From: Ascidiella aspersa
Lineage: Eukaryota
Assembly (NCBI GenBank): GCA_963924565.1
Contig: OZ004611.1
Span: forward strand, 21,514,001 to 21,578,000
Reading direction: 5' to 3'
DNA length: 64,000 nt
Shown: piece by piece, positions 12,201 to 24,200 of the stretch
How positions within the stretch are numbered: the first letter of the stretch is position 1
Layout: each line of letters opens with the position of its first letter
Notes under the pieces: generated by a model
The model's input: the letters and a program-made list of their open reading frames with translations, nothing else
What the model was told of the DNA's origin: nothing
Database searches by the model: none
Made by a program: the position numbers and the translations under genes

Positions 12201-15200
12201 CAATGTTTGGCAGTGACAGGCCGAAACAGTGGTTGGGGAAACATAAATAGTATACTACACTACTACAAACAATATGCTGCCAGGCATTGTATCAAGTATA
12301 AAGGGGTTCGTCTGACAAATATATATTTAGCGCCGACGTTTCGATTACCTATACGGATAATCTTCTTCAGGGCAATAAACTTGTGACTTTACAGAAGGGT
12401 ATATGTGAGTCAAAAGACAAAACAACGTGGCTTCGCCTCGTTTTGCCACCTTGTTTTTTGTCTTTTGACATATTTGTCAAAATAACCCTTTTATAATTAA
12501 TACACTGCTACAAGCCGCGATTATATGGGTTAAATACATGCTCTAGAGTCGGAGCCGGACTCTTTAATTATACCCGACTCCGTAGACCTGGTTGTAAGGC
12601 TGATACATGTGACTGGGAACGACTAATATAGCCGCGATTACTCAGCGAGACAGATACTCACGGGTTTGATCGGAGACCCGCGGCGTCACGAAGCTGACTT
12701 GCTCCTGGAAGCCGATGGAGCTGAGGTAGAAGTTGTAGCGAGTGCCGGGGTCCAGTCCACGCACCTGGGCCCGAAGGGTCTTGTTCACCCGAATTTGCAT
12801 CTGCTTGACGGTGGCCGTTTCATCGTCGGTGTCGATTTGTACCAAGTAGGCTGTAGCGCCTGTGGATGGAAGCGTTAGAAAATGCTTAAGAACGGTGGAG
12901 GTAGGTTAGTGACAGGGAATTCAACCATCAATGTAGCAGTCCTTTATGTGTTAAAGCTGTAAAGCAATTTAAATTTTTTAGAGATTAATTTTGTCATTCA
13001 CTGGACAGTAATGTTGTATCGTATCAGTTGAACCGGGTCGAGTAAAGCAGTAACGTCGAAATCCTAAATTCAACATTCATTGCTTTCGAGAAAATATATA
13101 AAATAAGTTTTTATGTCGAAACTTAACCAATCATCTGTTCCTGAGTTTTACTCGGGTAGTTCTAACGAAGAATAGGATACATACATACATACATACAGTC
13201 TTGTTCAAAATCAGGTTGAAAACATAGACAAAATGCTAAAACGGTTTTCATTATTTCAACGAACCACTGTCGACCCCAAAACACTTTCTGTGGAACAAGG
13301 CAAATAGCGAAGTCGCTATAGTAGAAGAACAAAACTAAGTATCGAAGAGAAGTTACACGATACTCGTGTATAAAAATGTCCGATAACAATAAATCGGAGC
13401 CGATATGCGATGCTATAAGTGTCGTCCGATACAAGAGTAGTATCGGTGCCGATCAAATACCAAAATAATTAAAGCACTTTCGCCTTGGCTTGCAATCTAA
13501 TTGAGCATTTTCCGTTTTAGTATTTATTTTAAAAGGTAGCATAATAAATAAAGGTACCTGATGCTTGTGTTTTTTGTTCAACAATTCGAAAAACTATTTT
13601 TAAAACATTTCAACTTAATTAATTTTCATTTTAGGGTATAGGTATGACGTCAGTTGGTGTCAAATCGTGTGTACTTTTAACTGCAATGCCGGGTATGGGA
13701 CTGAAATACCGTTTTTTTTGCGATACCGATTGCTAAGCTAAATTTTGATTTAGTGTTTAAAATATTGGTTACTTTGATTGATATTTAAAAAAAAATATTA
13801 AAGGTGAAAACTGCTGCTTACTCGCTACTTGCTACTCGCGTTCGCTAACTCACCCCACATTTCGTCCCACAGCACAAGAAAGGCGTCCGTCTCGGCGTTG
13901 CGCACTCGCGCGTTGGCCGGGGGCAGCGGGGTCGTCTGCAGGTTGAGGGGAAAAGTCCCATTGGGGTTCAGGCGGCCCTTGACGTCCTTGGAGTAGACGG
14001 TGAAGTTGTACCAGGTGCCGGCCTGGAGTTCGGTCGTGATGGACACAGGCCTGTTCACTTCCAGCATTAAAGAGTGGCCCAGCCCGGTCTGGACCAGCAC
14101 CTCGTAGTGTGTTGCGCCTGAGTGGACGATACACGTTTATCGTACGATATACATATCGGAACCGGGAGGTGGATTTATCACTATCGGGTAGTACGGAAGG
14201 TAAAACCTAGTGAAAGTTTTGATGTCTGATGTTTTCAAGTTTAATATGTGTAAGCATCGGATTCTAGCAGATGTCATAAATGTTAGAAAGTCTACAATAA
14301 AATAAAACTTATACCAAATTGATGTTGGTATCAGACATTTTCTGAACTAAAATCAATTTTTCAGACGGCTACAGTATAAACTGTATATTCGTACGAATTT
14401 AACTTTGGTGTGTTACAGCTGCTACCTGTTGTATCGAGATCTGGAAAGCTATGAGTTGGTGCGATAAATGTGGCACGAAAAATTTTAGCCATTAATCCAA
14501 ACAGATTCGACTTGATTTAACGATTGAATGTTACCCTTTGCTCTATCCCAGTTGAGTTTGATGGTTGACACGGTGACACCAGCCTCTCGTACGTTCAACG
14601 GAGCCACCGGAACTGAAAAAGCAATCAGTTATTAGTTTAAAAACTGATCTTTTTTCCACAACTGCTCCTGCCAATTGGAGTAAAATCATCAAGACGAAAA
14701 ATCAAAATCGGACACTTTGGCGGAGGCTGTATATAAAATAATGACGAGAAAGTGTACATTAATTAAAGGAGAGGAGATGCATCGTAATTTGCAACTTAAC
14801 GATTCGGAGGTTTAAAAAACGATTTAATTTTAGTCATGATTAGGTTAACCAAAGTATTTAACCTTCAATCGGAGCAATACCGAAACGTTTGGGAACGCTT
14901 TTCTCGTTTTTTTATTTCAAATAATCAGAGCCAATTTTTTTATAAATCATCAGCGCAAAATTTCCAATGGCAAACTTCAAACATGCTGCATTAAAGCAAT
15001 ATTCTTTAACTGGGGTCCAATCCCTTGTAGTTAGGCGGATTAGTGTTAGCGAGTCCTCGAGAGCATAACAAAAGCTTGGTAGTAAATTTAGAAATATTCA
15101 GTTTCATATTTGCGCGCATGTTCGGCCTAAATCAGTATGTTTCATTAGTATACTTGTTTCACGACGTCATCTGCAAAATGTCAAGCCAAACCTTGTCAGT

Positions 15201-18200
15201 CCAAACCATGCAAAAACGTTTTTTTAGGAAACCGTATAGTAAAAAAAAATTGCCCCTGCTTTAAAAGGACTCGGTCTCTAAAAAAGCAACGTCAAATTTT
15301 CGACTTTTTTACTTACTGCTTCGTTCGTAGCCGATCTCTCCAAGGCTACTGGTGCGGTCGCTGTGGCCGATGCTCTGCGCTCTAAAGCCGTATATGGTAC
15401 CCGGCCTGAGCCCGAACACATGTAACTCGGTGTCGTTGGAGTGGTAATGCGCATGATAAGGTTCCGTAAAGCTTTCGTCGAAGTCGTTGCTCGATACGTA
15501 GACGTTGTACGATATGGCACCTGTGTAGAAAGTAAGTTTAAAGGCCTATTTACACTATACAGCTGCGCTGAGCTGAGCTGGGCGTGAAACTCGCTCCAAA
15601 ACGTAACGTTTTTCAATAGCTGCACGGGGCTTAAGTTTAGCAAAGCATGAAAAGCTCAAAACAATAGAATTTAAGTGCAAATTACGCTTTGCTCGGCTCA
15701 GTGCATCTGTATAGTGTAAACGGGCCTTTACCGATTGAAATCTAAGGCGGCAGTAGGTATTTGTATATTAGTTGTAAATACTTTGGCCGGTGTGATTTAA
15801 ACTGTGGGCAGTTACTCCCGAATGGGTTGGAAGGGGTTACGGAATGCCTACGGATTTGATAAACCTTGAATGTGTATTGTGAACTATACAACCGCTTCCA
15901 ATACAAAACCGATCAGAATTTGTAAGCAGCATCTTTTAAGTATGCGTGAGACTGCATAAGCGCATACATGTAATTTTAATGTTCTAAAGTTTCCAACCAC
16001 GATTCTCACCGAACACTTCAGGCCACCGGAAAAGCATTGACGATGACGTCACCTCCCAGAAAGATCCGACTCTCGGTGGGGCGGGAACTGTCGCAATAAA
16101 TGAGGAATTGTTATAAAGCGGTAGAGCAGTTTTAAAGTAAGCAATGTCGTTTTAGTTAAGTACGAGCGCGTCTTATGTAAACGCAAACGCAAGAAGTAGC
16201 ATTTCATGATTTCAATTACTTAAAAGAGACTCAAGATGAGCACAGATTGAAGCTAAATAGCTTACCGTACAGAGACATTTTCGCAAAATTCTTAATTTTT
16301 AAACAACACAAAATTTGCTTGCTAATCAAAAAGCTACATTACACGATGTTAACCGCTAATTTTTTTTCCATTTTCGTAAAATTTCAAAACAAACTTCCCG
16401 TATAAAAGGCACCCTTCTCACACAACGCACGCGTCTGTTTACGTTCAAAAACGACAAGTGTTACGTCACAAGAGCGAAATGCAGAAATCAAATGAAACCT
16501 GACTGCTCGGCGAGCGGCGGGCTGCCGACTTCGTTGACCTTGCCGAACGCGTTGACGGACTTGGCCACGATCGAGTACCACGTGCCCGGGAAGAGGACCT
16601 CGATACGAACGTCGCTGACGTCACGGAACGTACGTCGACGCATCATATCCGGGTCGTCCGAGTCCAGTGGCATCATCTCGACGATGTAACTCTGAGCACC
16701 TGTAAATTTTTGGTTTTGAAAAATGTTTTTGAGCATAATGGTTGAAGGTTGTAGTAAGACATCAAAGCACATACAGAAGTGGGTTAAAAACATCGATATT
16801 GAACATAAATAAAGAGTTATCAGAAACGTTCAAAATTATGCCTACTTCTGTTCGATCGTAACTTATTGCAAAATTAAATCGTAAATATATTGCAAAATAA
16901 TAGTGTAACCTTAACTTTATGTCATTTACTGTACATTTTGTATATTAAATCTAAATTCAAGACCTTAGTCTCTAGTTTTTTGCACTTACTAATAACAAAA
17001 AACAACATCACCATCAGAAAAATGTGCTGAGACAAAAAGTTTGCTTACTTCCAAACAACTATAGTTTTTAAACTTTATTGGTTTTTATGGCAATATTACG
17101 TTTATCGGGAAAAAAATGTAATGTAATTGTTCGTAGGTAGGTGACTTACCAGCAGCTGGTTGCAGTTCGAAAGTCATCATGGTCATGTTCACCCAGGCGG
17201 CTCGCAGTTTTTCCGGCGTCGAAGCAACTGCGTACATGAGAAGGCAAAACAACGGAATATAATCTTAATTTTTTTAATTTAAACTGAAGTTACAAACAAA
17301 CACACGCGATATCCGCTTAAACTTGGAAAAAAGGCTATATCTATTATTTTGTTTTTTTGTTTGTTCACAAAATAATTTTTAGGCAGTTTGGCGCTGTGGT
17401 ATAATAAAGGTATTGTCTGAAAAAAACTTTTCTAGATAATTGAATTTAACTTGTAAAGTTCTATAAACGCCATTTTAACTTGAAGGCGAATTTAAGGCCT
17501 AAGTTTTATTAAATGAATATTTCCCTTGGTAAATCCGTGACACTTGTATGTAACAGGTGGCACTGTTTAACTACAAATTATATTAAAAACTTGACACCTG
17601 ATTTACAGGTTTAGATTGAAACAAATACGGCTACCAACAAGGTTCTGTATGTAACAATGTTCTGACAAGTTACATTATCACAGGGCTTGTCTCTAAAAAA
17701 ATGGCGTACAAAATTTTTAGTTCAACAACTCAACAAGTTAAGAGAGCGACTAATATCAGTAACGTATAATAAAACTTACGCGTGGAATCGATAAAGGTCT
17801 CGCTCGGTTTGCTGAGTTCGCCTTGGTAGCCCTCCGTCCTTAGGCTCATCCGATATTCCATTCCCGGCTCGAGACCGCCCACTAGCGCCGAGAGTTCGGT
17901 GTTGTTGACCGCCATTGTAATGTTACCGGTCGGAACGCCCTTGTCCAGTTTTTCCGCGTACACGTGGTAGATGTAAGCACCTGCCGAGAAAAGGCGGATG
18001 CATCATTTGAAATTTCGTTTAAAACTCAAGTATTGTTGCGTCATAATTAAGTCGGTAAGTGCTAAGTTTGAAATGGGATATATCTTTCACAAGCGTGTAT
18101 TAGCAACAGTTTTTCGCCCTGTATCACTGTTCAACGATGACTGTGCTATATTGTTTCAGTGTACAGCGACTTGAAATAAACTATAAGGTACTGTTTTTCG

Positions 18201-21200
18201 TAGTTTGAACTTTTACTTTATTGGCTATGCAGGAACAAAGTATGGTAGAACGATTTTTGCAGAAAAAAATATAAATCGTTCCAAAAAAGGTATAAGTATT
18301 TTTGGACAATTTTCACGCGGATAAGTGTAGCTTGTTGTTTCGACACTTACCGACTGAGGCGTTCCAATGCAGTTCGAAGAAAGTGTCTCCAGTTTTGTTA
18401 ACAGTTACAGCATCAGGGGGACTTGGAACTGCGATGACAAAAAACATGTTTCATTCATATTTAAAAAATATTTTTTTAACTATTATTGTTAAGAAGTTTT
18501 ATAATTATATCAATAAAAAGACGATTATAAAAGACTGATAAAATGCCAGACATAACGTATAACGAAAAATAAAATAAATAAGTGGAAGCGTTGAGATGTG
18601 GAACAAGATATGTATTCAATCGTTCATGGAGCGAAATGAGTTGAATTGCACCTGACACAAAGCCTATTAAATAAGAAGCACGCGTGTCCGCTGTACAAAT
18701 AACTGTTCCCGACTATTCTTCATAGAGAATTATTTGAAACCAACCAAATTTAAATACAGCATTTCGCAGGGTTAAATGGACGTAATACCCATTGGTCATT
18801 GTTTTAGCATTGAAATTTAAGTTCTGAAACACAAGCTTTTTTAAACTTAGGCTTAGTCATGTTAGAGATACTTTTGAAACATTTTCTCTTTTAAAATAAA
18901 CAAAATTTCAGGTCGCGTCTAATAGTATTTGCGGACCCCTGCCCTATGAAACATCACATAACCAGCACTCAGCCGGCATAAAATTCTGTCAACAGTGTTT
19001 TTTAAGGTGTTTTTTTTCTTCAGCGGTTTCCCAAATTTTGGACTTGCAACGTTTTGGTATTTAAATGAAACACTTGCGGTCTCTTAAAACTACTTAGCGG
19101 TCACCCAAACCAAACCTTAAAAAAAACCTGCCTGTCAACATTAAAAAAATAGTCTTACCTGTCTGCACGCGCAGGGGGTGAACGACGTTGTAGTCGATGA
19201 CCTCACCGGCGCCCCTGGAATAAACCGAGAAGACGTACGTCTCGCCGCTGGCCATTCCCCCGACCCAGAATGTGGTGCTGGAGATGTTTCGGTCCCTGTA
19301 GAAGGTTCGATCCAGCGACCTCGCGATCACGCGATAACCGATGGCGGCTGAATTTTAGATGGAAAGAGTAAATAGTTAGAAACGAGCGCCACTAAAGAAA
19401 GTAATATCTGTTCAGCCAGGAGTTATAACACAATTTTTTTTAAGGAAATGGTAGGTTTTGACTTATTTCCCTTTCACAGAAATTTCAATGCTTTTCTGCT
19501 AAAACCTAGAGGTCAGAAATAAAAGTGAAAATCGAAGAAGGCTACTTCTGCGCGACAACAAGTAGAAAAATTAAATGGGTTATTTCGTTTTAACTTGGTA
19601 AATGCATCCGTTAGCTCAATTGGCTGGAACGTCGTGCTAATAACAAATGTCCGGTGTTCTTGCTGGCCACACTGTCTTCATATCTGTCAGGGGAGCGTTA
19701 GACTGAAGCTAAAGTTCCCTGGCTGGATCCCGGGTCACCATAACACAATATGTGTTTCAATATGTTTTTAATATGATAAAATTTAAAATATATGATGTTT
19801 CAAATATGATAAAATTGACCTTGACCAGAAATTAAAATGAAGAGTAACAAAAGCTATACTTTTGAAAATGAATGCCTTTACCTTGTTTGAAAAACATTAT
19901 TCTATTGTGTGGTAATTACTGCGTTTTGTCGTTAGTATACTGTAGCTTTTTCGCATAGGAAAATGGTTGTTTTTCAGTGGGATTTCCTTCAGAGGGCATG
20001 CTTTCACTTTCGCAGTAATTACTGAGTGTTCTTGATTAAATTCAATGGTTTGAAATAAAAAGATCTACGGGAGAAGCTACTCCTCTACGTCGAGCATTTA
20101 AAACATGTATTTTTTTGAGCGGGATGTTTAAGTTTAAACTCATTTTAGAAGACATAGTTTTCATTATGTTACAATTATTGCATATTATAGTTGGAATTTA
20201 ATCGGATAGGCTCGAGAGTAAAATGCAGAGCTAAAAAAGCTATTATGCAACAGGTAAAAAATGGTTGATTTGGACGTCTTTTAGAAGACGTTTATTATTT
20301 TATATGTTTTTTACTGTGCTTTTGGTTGGTAATTACTGTGCTGTTTTCCCATAAAACGGAAAACGGTTGTTTTCGAGTGGGATTTCTTTAGAATACTTGA
20401 TTTACGTCTTTTGTCCTTGAAAATCAAAGCTTTATAGTCAGGAATCATAATAGGAAATGAAATACTGTTGTTACATTGCATAAAAACACAAAGCCATGTT
20501 GATTTATATAGGGACTGCCTTGTTTTAACTTCCTTTAAACAACACGTTTCCTGCTTTTTTATCATTTCATTTGTGGTTGAAACGTCATCTGTGTGCTGCA
20601 ACCCCAATATTAATAAACCTATATTACTTTGAAATAGCACGTAAATGGGGAATGTGTAATGGCTACACCACTTACTTCAATATTAAACAACTTTACCCCA
20701 AAAATGTTTACGCTATATTTACCAGGTTGCGGCGGCCATTCGATCTGTGCCGTTGTTTCGGTGACGTATTGCAGTGTGATGTTTTTGGGATTGGAAGGCG
20801 CTGTGAAACAAAACAAAGTGTTAAATAAATTAAATGATTTATAGACTTTCAATCAGTAGCCTACAAAGACAACGAACAAACTGAAAGTGGTAACACAAGA
20901 ATAGCTGTGCATCTTGTTAACTATAATTATATTTTGTCTTGAAATAAAATGAAATTATTTACGTAAACATAATAGTATATAAAACATCATCAATCCTATT
21001 GCAAGTATTTTACCTTTTGCATACAAAACATGAAAAATAGCCTTTTTTGTTGTGTCTAAGCATTCCATTGTTTTTACACTAAAACCGCATGAACTACAAT
21101 TTGAGTTTTTTATTTAATCATTAACAATCCTAATGATCAATGTCAAAGCCAAATAAGTCGAGTAAATCGACAAAATTAAGACGTTTACATATGCACTTCA

Positions 21201-24200
21201 TCATCAGTTAATGATACAAGTAGGCATATAAACGTCTTTATCAAGATGATGTCGATTTACCCTTATTTGACTTTGACATTCATTATTAAGCTACATTAAA
21301 GATCCGAGCACAGTTAACCTAATTATCAGTCTTATACATTAACAAATGTAAGGTAGTTATTTTACCAAAAGAAAAACCTTACCAGTAAAAGCAACAATAA
21401 CTCGACTGTCCCTGCTTATGAGTCCCGTACGGCCGATCGTGTACGCCTTGATTGCGTACCTCTTCGACGGCGTCAAGTCCGACATTTTCAGTGACGTACC
21501 GGTGACGTCATCGAACGTGGTCGTCACGTCCGTGCTTAAGTCGGTGATGGTGAAAACGAACTTGCGGGCGCCTGAACGAAAAGAATGTTGCAGATGAATT
21601 GTTAAACCTAAAAAGGTCATCTAAACCAGCGCTTTTCCAACCAGTGGGTCACGAACGATTCACGAAAGCTTTTCTAAATGTTACAGCTTTCTATTAGATC
21701 GGGAAATTATTGCATTTATCATTATCTAACATTTATGTAATAATGTAAGAAATACGTAACAATTAGATGCGTTTTGTCGCATTGACTATTTCAGTACGTA
21801 CGCCAGTGGTAAAGATGCAGGTTTATGTAACTTTTTTGTTTGGTAATATCTCTTGTGGGTCGCACATTGAAACTTGCATTAAAAGTGGGTCGCAAACTGA
21901 AAAATGTTGGGAAGCACCGACTTAAACCCAATAATAAAAAAACGAAAAACTGAAATTCGATCCTAGATAAAACCAGTATATAAATCGAAACATGCTTTAC
22001 TTTATTCTGGGTTACTGGGGTGGTGATTTTTAGGTTAGTTTTATAAATTTAAATGGTAAGAAAATTGCAGTTCTGCCGCAATCCAAAGGAAGCACAAACC
22101 TTTCACTCGCTTCCACTTAAGTTCAATCGAAATATGACGCACTTGTTCCACTTCCAACATGGGAGGATTTGGAACTGCAAAAGCATTTATGAGTTTTTAA
22201 AGATCTTTGAAATAATTTGCATAGAAAGTTAGTTAATGGGGATAGATCCCCATGACCTTTGATCACTTCTAACAAATAACAGAGTTTAATTTCCTAAAAA
22301 TCAAACTTTACTCATACTTTAAACCTCGTTTGATTTTAGTTTAAATACAGACATTCAGACCACTTGGCAGCAAAATTGCCGTTATTTTTACGTCGCGTTT
22401 TTTGTTATTCTTTTATTGGTTCGATCTACATTTATGTTAGGTATGTTTTTTACTTTTAAATAATATTTTAAAGTCGAGCCACATAATTTTAGTTTTAGAA
22501 CTAAAAAATTATTCTTAATACAAATTAGGAAAACGATTTAAAGGATATAAACACGGCGGTTGCAAATACTCTAACTGGATATGTATAAGCACTTTCAAAA
22601 TATAAAAGTATTTTTTCTGGGCCGTTGTCCAGAAATAGATCAAAAGTTTTATTTACTTCTGTGGACAGACGGTTGTCCGAAAATAACTTCGCATAAATAC
22701 CCTAAATAGCTTTATATAACTTGATATTTAAAAGAAACCAGCGAAAATATAAAACTCGCTGTCAATCGCTTACGGCCGTTCAGACCAAACTCACCGGTGG
22801 TGAAGAACTTCGGCTCGCTAGGGTCGCTGATGATACCGGAATATATTGATGACACCGTCGCTCCGTACCTCGTACCGGCGGTCAGCCCTGTGGCTTTGAG
22901 GAAGCCTTTCCAAGAAGTAAAGGTGTCTGCGTTCTGGACAACGGGTTACCAGGATGTTGATTTTTTTGAACGAACTTTTTATTTTGTAAAAAGTATCAAC
23001 GCAATAAAAAAATTCACTTTTTACAAAATTAAAAGTCAAATTTATAAACTGCTCAATGTGATGGGTGTGTCTGTTTGGCAAAACATATAAGTGTTACTGA
23101 AAGCGGTAAAACTTTCACTTGGTTAAAAGCATCGAAGCAGGATTTAAAGCTTTGCCGAAAACGGAAATTTTGGTTCAACTGAATCAACAGATTGCGTTTT
23201 AAAGGGGTTTTTGGACGTTCGCGCCAAAATCCATTAGTTGTACTTAGTAAAACAGCTTGAACGGTTCGAAACAGATTGTACCAACTGCCTAACTTTACAT
23301 TTTGGCCGCGATATTGCAACATGGGGTTTATAAAACCGACAAAGTGTAAAAAAACTTTGTCTGTCGATACACGAAACTGACAAATCTCAATAAACATGCG
23401 GTTCGCAAAGCATCGAAACGAAATGTTAGGTTTCGAAGGTTTATTTAATTATGACAGCGTGATAATTGTATAACGAAATTCCACGTTTTATATTTGGACA
23501 ACTCATTGCTGTTATTACTAGGGCGATTATTTTTTGACTTATCAAAAAAGTCAAAATTATTTCATGCCAAAATCGAATAAAAATGCACATCAATCGTTTA
23601 CAAAATTCAAAAAAGGACTATAGTCAGCTGTTTGAAATTGGTCGTTCGTTTTTTTTAATTTATTGTTTTGTTTTATCAAAAAAAAAATTAGTTTTGATTT
23701 ATATTTAAATCATTTTAAGCGTATTATATCTTCATTAGAGTAATATACGATATAAAAAACGTGTGAATAACGCGCCTAGGTTATTTAAATCAAAGTATTT
23801 CTAACAGGTCAAAATTTGTCAAAATTTTAATTTTTCAGGTCAAAATTTCTTAATTTTTTAGGTCAAAAAATAATCGCCCTAGTTATTACTAATATTAAGG
23901 GAAATGACATTGAAAAATAAAGTTACCGAGGCGTTGTTAACTTCTTGAAACCTGACGGCGTATTTGGCTGTAACGCCTTCGTTCACGTCCCAAGTGACGT
24001 TGACAGTTGACGTCGTCACCGAAGTTTCATCGACGACAAGGTCCGGCTTCTTGATGCCTGAACATATTCGGGAGTTGTTAATACACATAAAAGCAAGTCG
24101 ACTAGAGTTTCTATCAATCGGGTGCAAGAGCAATTAAGAAAGAGGAATTTACACATAATGCATAATTTTGACAAAAATATACTTCATTTTTATTCTGGAG

